Source: Tricharina praecox
Lineage: Eukaryota
Reading direction: 5' to 3'
Assembly: GCF_024521635.1 (NCBI RefSeq)
Contig: NW_026250415.1
Coordinates: 912,697 to 932,696 of the forward strand
Length of the DNA stretch: 20,000 bases
Shown here piece after piece: positions 8,803 through 20,000 of this stretch; position 1 is the stretch's first letter; every line of letters begins with the position of its first letter. Position numbers and translations under genes: made by a program. The notes under the pieces are model-generated. The model had not been told where the DNA came from and did not search any database. It saw only the letters and a list, made by a program, of their open reading frames with translations.

Positions 8803-11800
8803 ATGGCGATTTGAGCCCTCGGGCTCGCGACACCAACGAGTTCAATTGGTTCGTTGCGGCTCTCCCGGTCCGCGCCGCACGCCTAACTGACGTCTTTTAG
8901 GTTGTTCCTGGGGGAGCTGCTGGTCTGTGGAGTCGTGTAAGGAAACTCCGAGCCCCCTTTATCCTCTGAGAGCTGTCTAACGCCTGTTGACAGCACGTTG
9001 ATCTTCCTCTTCTACTTCAACCGCGGCTTCGCCAAAATCATAACCATATTCGCGCGCATCTACCTCTGGTGGACCGGTAGCCCACACTACATCAATATAG
9101 AGTCGCTCCAGATATCCGTCCTCGCCGGCAGACTATTCTTCGGTAAAGTAATCTACCACGGCCCCAACGAGACGATCAGTATCGTTGGCGGTCAGATTAC
9201 ATGGCGGTATTGGTTACGGCGCGTGCGCAATGTTTCGTCAGATGGGACAGACGAGAGTGAAGGCGACGCCAAGGGGAAATATGGTGGGCTACCGTGCCGC
9301 ATACTGGTCGAGATGAAGGGCGTTGAGTGGTTCATCTACAACAGATCGCCACAATATGACTGGCTCATGGGCGAGATGGCAGCTGCAGCGCGTGAAGGGG
9401 ATGATCCAGACGTGACTCCGCCGCCGCCGCAGCCTCACGGCGCTGACGATTATCTGAACGGGCTTGATGGGGACGAGAAACACGACGATCCGAAGACCAG
9501 TTCTTCGACTTCCGGACCAAAGCAGTCCAGTGCAATGCCGGCGGTGGAGTCGTTCGAAGATATGGCGGCCAACTCGCCGTACCTCAGAATGCTCCCGATC
9601 AGAGTGGATTGTCATCGCGGTGCGGTAGTGATGGGGAATAACAACACCCCCAGTGTTCTAGTAGCACATTTCGAGAAGGCCCAGGGATATGTGGACGCTA
9701 GAAAGGTAGAGACTCTTTTAGGACTTCGAGAAGAAATTAGCCACACAATGCATACATTATTGAGCCCAATATTCAATATCTGACTACCGTTCTTTCATGC
9801 TTCCCGTGTTGGCGCTGAGCTGACCCACATGCGCAATCCAGTCTCGTTCTATCGACCAGTACAAACAAGTCTTCGATCTCAAGTTCACGCATCCTACTGT
9901 GCAGTTAAAACCAAATGCCAACTACAAGGAATCCCTTCTGGCTCGAGCAGACCGGGAGCAGTCCACAGCGGCCCCAAACCAGCCCACCCCGCCCATTCGC
10001 ACTCGCCGCCAGAAACTCCGGGATCTAATCCCACTCTTGACTGCGTCGGCCGAATCCTTCAGTCCGCCCACAGGGTCGGCGAATGCACTGTCGGATCATC
10101 AGGATAACCATGGACAGTGGATGGGCCTGAGCCGTTACCTTGATGAATCCGAGCATCATGGTGGCTGGAAATTCGAACCGCAGGAATATGCGAGTGTAAC
10201 AGACGTCCTGGATTGCGAGAGTGCTACATTCTGCCTGTATTGGGATGTGGTTGGGAAAGTCCCAACGTCTTCACCACCACCAAAAGAGGGCGGCAAGGAG
10301 AGAAACGGCGAAGAATACTCAGCACCTGAGTTTGGCATAGATTTGTCGTTTGAGGGCGGTACGATCCATTATGGGCCATGGGCGGATCGTCAACGCATAC
10401 ACTTGCAAAACATGTTCTTCCCCAAGATCTACAAGACAGCAAAACCCGCCGAACCACTGCTACCTGGAGATGACAGAACCTACACCGAGATGAAGGTGTT
10501 CGTTGAGCTCTCGAGTTCGACAATCCTGAACATCCCGGTACGGGAGGCGAGTAAAGACTGGAAATACCGCAGTCGTCTCGAAGAAGGGCAGGTTCGACCA
10601 TGTGGCTGGTTGGAAATCAAGGCGGGCAGGATGAGCACTCTCAGCTACAATATGGCGTATGTCGCATCGTCAAGCGGTTGGACGCATACGCTTGATCTCG
10701 AATTACGAACACCTGAGGTCCGGACGTCTGTTAACCATGGTTTGCTATGGTCGGCTGCCAGCCAAACACTACAATGCGACCTTTCGGGCCCGTTGAAGTG
10801 GAACGGTGATACGAAATGGGTGTTCAACAACGAATCGTCCGGCATGAAAGTGTTCCTCCTACGGGAGCACATTACACTCCTGACTGACCTGGCCACTGAT
10901 TGGACATCCGGCCCGCCTTCGGAGTATTGGACATTTGTGCCCATGATCTATGAGTTGAATCTCGAGCTGAAGGATTACGAATTCTTCCTCAATGTCAACG
11001 ACCAAAATATCATCAACAATCCCAGCAGCTTCGAGGACAATACGTTTGTTGTACTCCGTAACTTGGGCGGTAATAACGGCTACCTAAAAGGATGCGTCGT
11101 CATGGATTTTAGAGAGTTCCGGCCACAGTGCTCAAAAGTAGAATTTACGGTGGAGACTGTGAGCAATACCGATATGGGGGGAATGCTTGAAGTGGGAGTC
11201 AGGACGCCGATATGGAACACTTGGAATTGTTCCCTAAAGCAGCAAGAATCCTTAGGAAAGGTGGGACAAGTCAAGTTAAAGGGCAGTTACGAGTTCTTCG
11301 CCAATACCTCTCCCGACCTGATTGACACCTTGAACCTAAATCTTGACGGCGAGCGGCTCCATTTGGTATTACATGGGTTTCTCATTCGATATTTCTTGAC
11401 CATAAAGGAGAACTACTTCGGCGAAAACCTTCATTTCAAGACGCTGGAGGAATGGCAGAGTCGACAACAGGTAGAGGCGGGCGAGATTGCTCCGGGGCCT
11501 ACCCCTCCGGCGTCGAAAAGCAATGATTTGGATGTTGTCCTTGGTGTCAGGGTTCGTGAACTGGAGATTCTACTGCCGAAGCACATATACGATGCAAAGG
11601 AGCACGTGAAGCTTAAGACGCCGTCCTTGGGGCTCGATATGCGGTTTACGAACTACTACATGGGTAAGAAGTCTGCTCGAACCTATGAAAATCTCCACAA
11701 ACTGACGCAAAGTATCTACAGATCTGCAAGTAGACATGGCGCCTATATCCGCTTTCATCGGTAATTCTACCTCGGCTTTGCCCGAAATCTTTGTCGATGG

Positions 11801-14800
11801 CCTTACAATATACGGGCACCGCCTCTTTGGATTGCCGCCAGTAGAGCCCACGTACGTTTGCAACTGGGACCTGAGTGTTGGTGATGTCGCCGGAGAATGC
11901 TCCCTCGAATTCTTGCAGACAGCAATCTTCGCGATGGGCTCCTTCGTCTTTAGCTTCAAAGATATCGAGAACGCGCTTCCGTTGCTTAGTATACCCATCG
12001 TTCACGACGTGACTTTCGTGCGCTTGAGGGTCGGATCTTTACGCGTGTGGTTGCACATGGACGGGCCAATCGCCTTCCGTATGGTGGCCGATGAAGTGTC
12101 ATTTGTATTGAACGACCTAGCAAATGAGCTCCATTCGGACCGGATCACGTTAAAAATTCCCGGCTTCAATGTTGTTTGTATGGATGTGGAGCGGAGAGAC
12201 GTATGGGGGACAAAAGGTTGCTTGGAAACAGAATTCAACGTCACTGTCCTAGGTAGGAAGAAGAATGCTTCTGAAGCGAGACGGCTGCAGCAGGAGCATG
12301 TGAGGGTCAGTGACGGACGCACTGGACGCGCAACTTTCTTGCTGGAGCAACAAGATGAAGGCAGTATTGCCAGTGGGCCGAAGCCTGCGAGTATGGCGTT
12401 GCCTGGGCTTCCGTTGCCTTTTGATGGTGAACATTTTCTCTCCGACAGATACGGATTCTAGAATGCTAACGATGGGTCAGATAACTCCGGATCGGTATAT
12501 GATAGCAGTTCTATAGAGTCGGATAACTCCTCGCGGACAACTAGATCGTCCACCAGCAAGAGCAGCCACTCTTTTCTTGCTAATAGGCACCGATCGAACT
12601 CATCAGGTACGGCAAGCTTGATGCAATCAGCAAGCTCTCGTACGTTGTCTTTTTATTCCGCCATGGAGTCGATCTCGGATCCTCCGCCTCCAATTCCCCC
12701 ATTGCCCAGGTGGAACCCGTCTACAACTCCCAGCGCAACAACACCGGGCTCCAGGGACTCTGTGCGTATGACACCAACTGGAATGCATTTCCATGGGCTT
12801 TCGTTGGAGATGACACCGAAACCGCTCGAGGTATCCTTATCAAGTCCCTTTTCGAGGCCGGACTTCCCTCTCGACGGTGTTGAGCCCGACCTTACCAAAG
12901 TACCCTCGCTCGGAACGAATGACAGCTCCCCTCGCCTTCGACAGCCTGTAGGCCATGTCGAGATCGTCACAGACGAAGAGTCATCCAGAGACAGTATCAT
13001 CGTCGAGTTCGGCTCCGGAATTCGCGGTTACTGTACTCCCACTGCCTTGCGGGAATTTGCAAATCTACTTGAACGCATACAACCGCAGTCGCCAGAGGAC
13101 GTCCTTGATTCCGTACAGACCAATGTCGTCTCAAGACTCTCCGAAGTGGTCAAGAAGCCAGATTCTCATGGAAAGGTGGTCGAACTCTACCTGCAACTTC
13201 CCCAGTTCAAGTTTTGCCTGGTGGACGACTTCGTTCCGCCGTCAGCTCAGGAGGGCCGTAAGGGAGGACACGCATTCAATCTAAACTTGCGGAATCTGCA
13301 AGTCACTGCGCGATCCAGGAAACCGGCACTTACGGAAGAGGGTGGAAAGGAGGTCACTTCGGTGCATGTCTTGCTCGATTCATTGAGCCTAGACCTGAAG
13401 GACCTCACGCCGCGTCCGCTTCTGCAGATGTCGACGCAGCCGGCACTCGAGGTGGTAGTGGGAGAGCTCCTGTTCTGGGCGTCGAGCTCGGAAGCTGCCA
13501 CTGTCTCTTTGCAGATCAAGAACCTCTCCTCATCTGCGCAAGGAACGCAGGCACTCTTCATCCACGACGTTGCCATGCGGACAGTCAAGGAAATGGAAGG
13601 AATCGCTGGGCGCTTCGCAAGGGTTTCCAGTGGCAAGCAGCGGAGAATGCAGCAGTTTATCTCTGCCCTAGCATCAGCAGGCGAGGAGCTCATGATCACG
13701 CAAGATCCGGCGACGCTCACGAGGCCGTCCTACGTCCTCCGCTCGGCGACTAACCACGTGCGATTAAACGACTCGTGGAAAATCACCACCCGCCTCCGGC
13801 ACATCTGGCAATCACTCCCGGCCAGGGAGAAAGACGACCGCACTACCGCCTGCGTACAGAACGAGGCGCATCCGCCACACAGCGCGAAAGCTCGGCTCAT
13901 TAATGTTTTCCAGCGGTGGCGCGGCTGGGAGTTGGGGAATATCAAGGAGAGTATCATGGTTAAGCAGGTGTTTGGGGATGGCGAGAGCAGCAACTCGGCA
14001 CCCGGTACTACGGCAAATCGAATGCTCAATTCGAAGTTCAGAATCGATTCGGTCAGGTTCCTGCTTGATCCGGGACCAACGCAACATGAGTTTGCGATCG
14101 ATCAGTTGCAAGGACTGGTTATGGCTGGTATACCCACAGGCGGCGACCCGGCGCTAGGAGGTGATTCTATGGCAATGGTCGCTCCGGGCGTCCGTGTGAA
14201 CACGGTGGTGCAAGTACATACGAGAAGTATTCGTCTAGGCGTTAGGTGGGAGTTCCTGGATATACTTGAGACTGTTGCAAACGGGCTTCAGAAGCGGCGT
14301 GGCAATTCCGACACTCAGGGAACAGTCTCTGAAACCCCTTCCACTATTCCTACTTCGCTTTCGTCGAAGAGAAGAAACCGTTCCGACGGCTTCCATATGA
14401 TCTTCGCCACGGACGACGGATCGCTATCACTCGACACGGTAAACTTGCGGGTCGTATCTCGTGTCCAGCACGTGCAAGCATCGGTCGTTCTATCCGAAAA
14501 GGATGTCGATCCACAAGCCGGAAAGTTCGGCAACGTCGGTAACTTAATCCTTCGTGCCCGCCACGGGAAATCCGAGGTATGCCACGGCAACAAGATCCTT
14601 AGTGAGGCCAACATCCGTGCGCCCAGTCTGTATGGACATTTCGATGAGCATTGGTTTGTGGAGACGAAGTTCCACATATGGAAAATTGCGAGCTCGGCCG
14701 AGGAGATCACCTTCGATGTGCAGGAGGAGGTGCTGGGGCTCATGGAAGTGTTTGATTACCTCGTTACCGATGAGGTAGCCCATATTCAGCGGTTGATGAA

Positions 14801-17800
14801 TACCCTGGACACGATCCAACCGCAGAGTACGGGTGCCGCCAGTCCGAAGTCGCCAGGCCTCTCGAAGAGAAAGGTTCATATGATATATGGCACGCTTTCG
14901 GTGGATCAGTTCCGGATGGGAGCGAAGCTGTTGCCGTCGCTCACTTACCTGGTGCGCGGTGGAGGCGTCCAGCTTTCGGCGAAACCAAATTCGATGGACT
15001 CGAAGGAGATGATCGTCGATTTCGGCCTAGAACATCATGAACACGAAGTGTTCAAGTCTGTAGATTCGTCGGATCCAAGGGTCATCTCACTACTGCGACT
15101 ACCGGCAATCAATGTCAGTATTCGAGACCGCAATGCAGAAGAGGAACGATTGGTAGAGGCGACTGTATCCATCGAAGCGATAACTCTCGATGCATCGTCG
15201 ATCCAGAGTCTTCTCAACGCCATCAAAAAACCAGAGGTTGTCAAGGTGATCGAGGGCGTCCGCTCCGAGATGCAGGCTATCAGCTCGAAGCTTGGAGCCA
15301 CCTTTGGCCGCAATAGAAAACCGAAGACAGCGACGCCGACGAAGCCTTCAAAACCATTGGTGTACCAAGCTCATGCCGGGGTTTCAAGTCTGAAGATTCA
15401 AACCATGGCACCGTCTGCCAATCTGGAGGTGAATCTAGGGTTCATACAGCTGTATGCGTCCAACAGGCCTACGCTAACAGGGCCAGTGCTGTCGTTCCCT
15501 GATATCCGCTTGGAGTTCGGGAGGATCACTGTGGAGTTGACGAGAACCGCCGAAGATGGGGCACGGGATACCTGCGGGTTCCTAGAGCTACATGCTTCGC
15601 TAACGGCGTCGCTACAGCAAACCGAAGCTGGAAACTCACGGCCGGCGTTTTACATCCAGAGCCACTCCCTCAAGATTGATCTCTTCGCCGAAACGGCTTC
15701 GGCGGCTGTAGATGTGGTTGGACATCTCCAGGATCGGCTGAAGGACTTGGACCTCTCCCGGGAAGTCAAGTATTTGCGAAAGCTGCGCAATGCGAAACCG
15801 TTGATCCAGCCATCGCCCGATCCCGATGCAAGCAGTCAGCTGGGACTCCTCAATACCGCGGTATCCATGGAAATGATGGGTATCAGGGTCTCCTGGATCG
15901 TGGGCGGAACAGCAACTACTCTGCCAAGTGGCATGCCGAAGCAGAACTTGGTGTTGTCGTTTAAACGGATTCATTTCTCCACGGCCACACGGAAAAGCAA
16001 CGAGGCGAAACTCATTATTGAGGACTTTATCCTGCAGATGGTGGATGCCACAGCTGGCGAGGCTGTTGAGCGCTCAGAGAACTCCGCGCTCATGCCAGAA
16101 ATCGTGTTCAAGGTGGCATACAACCTCAGTGCGACCGAGCGGCTGTTGGCATTTCAAGCAAAGGGCAGGTCACTCGACCTCCATCTTCAATCCTCTTGCG
16201 TACTCGCCGCGAACTCGATAGAGAATTCCATCTCCGAGGCGGTGCAGAAGTTTAGAGATGCATCTTCGAGCTGGAAATCGACGCTCACGCGCGGCGGAGA
16301 AGAGAGGACGAGTATGTTCAGCACCAAGCGTTTGGCCTCGGTAATGGTCGATGCCGATTTTGCGGGTGCGGTTGTGCATCTCGGACGGGGCCTAGATTCA
16401 GGGATCGAGAAAAATAAGGCGCCCGGAGTGCAGAAGGGGAGGTATGGACAGTTTGCCCAAGGTGAAGCGAATGGTATCACGATGCTCAAGTCACCGGGGC
16501 TGGCATTCAAGGTCGAATACACCGATCCAATCGATGAGGATCCGTCGCTCAGTGCCGAGATCAAAATCTCCGCATCAGATAACATGCTCTTCCCGTCTGT
16601 CGTGCCGCTGATCATCGAGATGTCGGACAACGTCAAGGAGATCATGAAGCAGCAGCCTACGGATACTAGCGATATGGCTGAGAAGATGGACAAAGCTGCC
16701 AAAGACAGTCATAATCCAGTTGCTTCCGATCCGGCTGCGATCCTGGGAAGATGTCGTCTCAATATTGGGATACGAATCTGCAAGCAGGAGTTCACTCTGA
16801 GCTGTCAGCCAATCGCCAGAGTCGCAGCATCGGCTGGATATGATCAGATATATGCTACCATCAATACCTGCGACGACCCCGAAGGCGGGCGGTTCTACTC
16901 GCTCTCCGTGGCTATCAATGGCCTGAAGACATCGTTGCAACATGTCTACTCTCGTGAATCCACCGGAACTCTCGAGGTCGAATCAGTCACACTATCGTTG
17001 ATGGATAGCAAACACGTCATGGGCTCCGCTGGCCTCTCATGCATGATGAAGGTGAGCCCAATCAAGTCACAGCTCAACGTCAAGCAGTTCCAGGACTTCC
17101 TCCTCTTCCGGGAAATCTGGTACCCGGCAGAGATGCGAAATACTCCCACAATGCCGCTGGAGTCGACTGAAGACCCGTCGGCGATGCTGGTGCAAAGGTA
17201 CCACAAGGTCGCTGCGAAAAATGCGTTCCCGTGGAATACTACTGTTGCCGTTACAGAACTTGAGGTTCAGCTGGATTTCGGTCAATCACTAGGGAAATCG
17301 GCGCTGCTGATCTCCCGCTTCTGGATTACTTCTAGGAAGACGTCAGATTGGGAACAAGCTCTATGTCTGGGCTTCGATTCAATCCGCATCTCGTCGACCG
17401 GTCGTCTGGGTGGATATATCGATCTGAGTGGGATCAAGATCAGGACTTCGATCAACTGGGGCTCTGCCATTGAGTCTACGGATACCGTGCAGACACCGCT
17501 TATCGAGGCATCGGTGGGTTTCACAAAACTGGAGGCAAAGGTCTCCTTCGACTACCAGGCATTCCTGCTCGCCGATATCGCGACGTTCAACTTCTTGATG
17601 TACAACCTGCAGGATGAGCGTACCGGCGGCGAGCGTTTGGTTGGGGTTCTCGACGGCGAACAAGTCCAGATATTTGCTACTACTCAAAGTGCCGCCCAGG
17701 GACTGGCACTATACCAAGCGTTTCAACGGCTATGGCAAGAGAAGCTCGCATCCTTCGAGGTGTCGCTAAAGGAGGTCGAGAGCTACTTAAACCGCCGACA

Positions 17801-18822
17801 ATCCCACGCCCCGGCAATGCAAGAGAAACCGCAGCCCCCATCACGGAAGGCGTCTACGGCTTCATCCGCAATATCAGGCGTATTCTCACTGCACACGGAT
17901 GTCGTCGTTAATCTCAAGGCAGTCCACCTCGGCGCCTTCCCTAGTACTTTCTACGACACCTCCGTCCTAAAGATGGAAGCCCTTAACGCCACCGCGCACT
18001 TCGAAGTCGAGACCGTCGACGTAAAACGAATCCACAGTATGCTCGAGATGAAGCTCGGAGAACTTAGTATTGCCCTCGCACCAGTTAAACAGGATGGGCA
18101 GGGCACGACATTAGCCGATGTCAGCGTCGAGCGGGTCATCAATGGCATTGCGCAGGCAAAGCAAAAGTTGGGAACTAGGGGTATAATCTTGAAGGTCCCG
18201 CAGGTCACGGCGAAAATGCATACCTGGCATTCACCTGGCTCCGTGGCGGTGGACTACAGATTCCACTCTGCGTTCGAGGGCCAGGTCGAGGTCGGATGGA
18301 ATTTTCATAGAGTGGGGTTTATCAAAAAGTATGTTCCCTTTCCCCCTCCCTTCATATGTATAATCTAACCCTCTCTAGTATGTACCACACCCACGCCAAA
18401 GCCGTCGCGCAGCGCCAGGGGCGCCCTCCCGTCTCCAGCCGGATTTCGATGTACACCGATGGCCCCGGGCTTGCCTCTGCCGCGTCGTCGGAAGACGGCT
18501 CTGAGAAGAAGACTAAGCAGAAGGGCAAGATCACGGCGGTCGTGGACGTGCCCCAGAGCAAATACGAATACAACCCGATTGATCCGCCGATTATTGAGAC
18601 ACCACAACTGAGAGATATGGGCGAGGCTACGCCACCGATGGAGTGGATTGGGCTGCATAGAGAACGTTTGCCACATTTGACGCATCAGGTATGTTTAAGC
18701 TTCGATCAGGATTGGGGAGTGGATATGGCTAATATGCGCTGCGCTAGATTGTTATCGTGGCCCTTCTGGAGGTTGCGAGAGAAGTCGAGGACGCGTATTC
18801 GAAGATTCTGGGATCGAGCTGA
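8793..18822 (+). CDS. CSF1: Csf1 / BLTP1 (KIAA1109, Tweek, LPD-3 family) bridge-like lipid transfer protein, 3187 aa
   Basis: Exons 8793-8848, 8901-8936, 8994-9705, 9842-11663, 11722-12426, 12481-18328, 18379-18688, 18748-18822 (9564 nt, in frame). N-terminal TM FNWLFLGELLVCGVVTLIFLFYFNR; motifs SLQISVLAGRLFF, GQITWRYW, GVEWFIYNRS..YD, GAVVMGN, YGPWADRQR..LQ.MFFP, LDMRFTNYYMDLQ, GHRLFGLPP.EPTY.C.WD, LQH.YSRE, and C-terminal IETPQLRDMGEATPP.EWIGL.R..LP..THQ. Confidence 0.95.
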
Positions 18823-19170
18823 GGAGTGGGCTTTGCTGCTACTGGAGAACTATAGAGGGATGGCGTTCATTGTATTGCGTACTCGTATTCTGTTTAAGTT
18901 TTCTCATGTCATTACTTGGTTATAATATCGCGGAGGCGTTGAAGTTTATACATTATGAGGCCCAGCGAGCCTGGGCTGGATGGTTGGTTTGTATTTTAGT
19001 TTCCATATCAAGGGACAACATACCCTCACAAACTCTGCGAGGAGGATATCTCCAGAAATTTACTTCTTCTACAACATCAATTGTTTCGTCCATAACCTTC
19101 CCCCCTTTGCCAGCCTACCCTAGACCAAAGCTTCTCCGCACGAGTGCGTGATGGTTCGTCAACCGTGTGC

Positions 19171-19176
19171 TATAAA
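19171..19176 (+). promoter_or_regulatory. Putative TATA box of the secreted-protein gene
   Basis: TATAAA 85 nt upstream of the ATG at 19256. Confidence 0.5.
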
Positions 19177-19255
19177 CACCCCCTCGAGTCCGCAAGCAAT
19201 CTGTGCCCATATAGAAACACTGTCGTCCAGAACACCAGAATACCATAGCTCCATA

Positions 19256-20000
19256 ATGCGTTCCATCACTTTCTTCACCGCCGTCCTGGTTGGTTGTGCC
19301 GTCGGCGTTCTTGGGTATGTATGCATACCGTGTACAGGAGGTCGAGTGGAATAATGACGCGTAGGTCAACAGCTGCGACCAGTGCCCCTCCTCCTCCAGC
19401 GGCCAAGACCACCGTCAATACCAGGGCCAGCACCTCCACGGCGCCGCACTAGCCATCGACCCCCAGCAGCAGTATTTAGATCCCCAGCAGCAGTATTTTG
19501 AGCCCCAGCAGCAGTATCCGAGCAATGTTCAAGGTACGGGGCTTCCTTCCTTCCGACTAGACGGATCATGTATGTGTGCTGACCACTCTTATGTACCAGG
19601 CTACTACATCTCCGACGAGATCGAGCACCTGACCGCGCCGCACGACGAAGACGGCGCGATAATTCGCGAGGAAGCGGTGGACGCGCTGCCACAGTCTGCG
19701 ACCAGCGCGCTCTCGAGTCTCCTGGGCACGTCCGCGTCGATCCCTACAGGCGTGCTGAGCCTGGTCCCCACCGACGCGGCGCAGCGCAGCGCGTTCCTGA
19801 TTAATCTCGAGAGTGCGCTGCCGACGGCCGCGAGCGAGAGGGCTAGTCTCATCAGTGAGGTGCTGAAGGCGACCGATAAGGCGGGTGTCGAGAGCGTCCT
19901 TGGCGATGTGTTGGCGAGTGCGACGGGAACGGGCGAAGACGCGAAGGCGACGGGCGAGTCGAACAATGAGGGTGGTGATGATGATGCAAGCGGTGCGCCG
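19256..20000 (+). CDS. Secreted Ser/Ala/acidic low-complexity protein of unknown function, possibly cell-wall/GPI type (3' partial)
   Basis: Signal peptide MRSITFFTAVLVGCAVGVLG. Exons 19256-19314, 19373-19533, 19600->20000; introns GTATGT..CAACAG and GTACGG..GCTGAC..CCAG. The mature part begins CDQCPSSSSGQ, contains 3x [DE]PQQQY, then GYYISDEIEHL...SATSALSSLLG... and is open to the window edge. Missed by the ORF track because of the introns. Confidence 0.75.
19458..19520 (+). repeat. 3 x 21-bp coding tandem repeat
   Basis: gacccccagcagcagtattta / gatccccagcagcagtatttt / gagccccagcagcagtatccg = DPQQQYL DPQQQYF EPQQQYP. Confidence 0.9.

Noticed and set aside
9810..9830. GCTGAG in a long intron suggesting a fungal TPP riboswitch
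   Set aside because: The downstream conserved aptamer core (CCTGAT...TAAT...CG.A.G) is absent; the motif is explained by the adjacent branch point GCTGAC.
9289..18685. Numerous 60-170 aa antisense and alternative-frame ORFs inside CSF1
   Set aside because: Expected shadow ORFs from codon bias in a GC-rich 9.5-kb coding sequence; no recognisable domains.
1177..18822. Fragmented ORFs suggesting frameshifted pseudogenes or editing-dependent premature stops
   Set aside because: Every break is resolved by a canonical GT-AG intron; all four genes splice into uninterrupted frames with no internal stop.
1..20000. Transposon, RIP-degraded repeat, CRISPR array, tRNA/rRNA/snRNA
   Set aside because: No transposase/RT motifs, terminal repeats, long AT-rich blocks, spaced repeats or recognisable structural-RNA signatures seen by eye; an Rfam/tRNAscan search would be needed to exclude small RNAs formally.

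Overview
Gene-dense, intron-containing eukaryotic DNA from a filamentous ascomycete (short 50-75 nt GT-AG introns with CTRAY branch points; Pezizomycetes is my guess, not demonstrated). Manual splicing gives four complete conserved genes: YVC1/TRPY1 vacuolar cation channel (+, 1177-3431, 7 exons, 634 aa), HEM4 uroporphyrinogen-III synthase (-, 4834-3953, intronless, 293 aa), an HFL1/TMEM184 (DUF300/OSTalpha-like) membrane protein (-, 7654-5269, 6 exons, 683 aa) and CSF1/BLTP1 bridge-like lipid transfer protein (+, 8793-18822, 8 exons, 3187 aa). A small secreted orphan protein with PQQQY repeats runs off the right edge, and the left edge probably holds the 3' end of an unidentified gene. I found no mobile element, CRISPR array, tRNA or rRNA, and no evidence for a wholly new system. 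The most interesting signals are subtle: a ~50-bp tandem duplication across the HEM4 stop codon that keeps a hydrophobic read-through frame open, a conserved Atg8-binding motif and an 18-nt microexon in HFL1, uORFs on both sides of the HFL1/CSF1 divergent promoter, and competing splice acceptors in the secreted gene.
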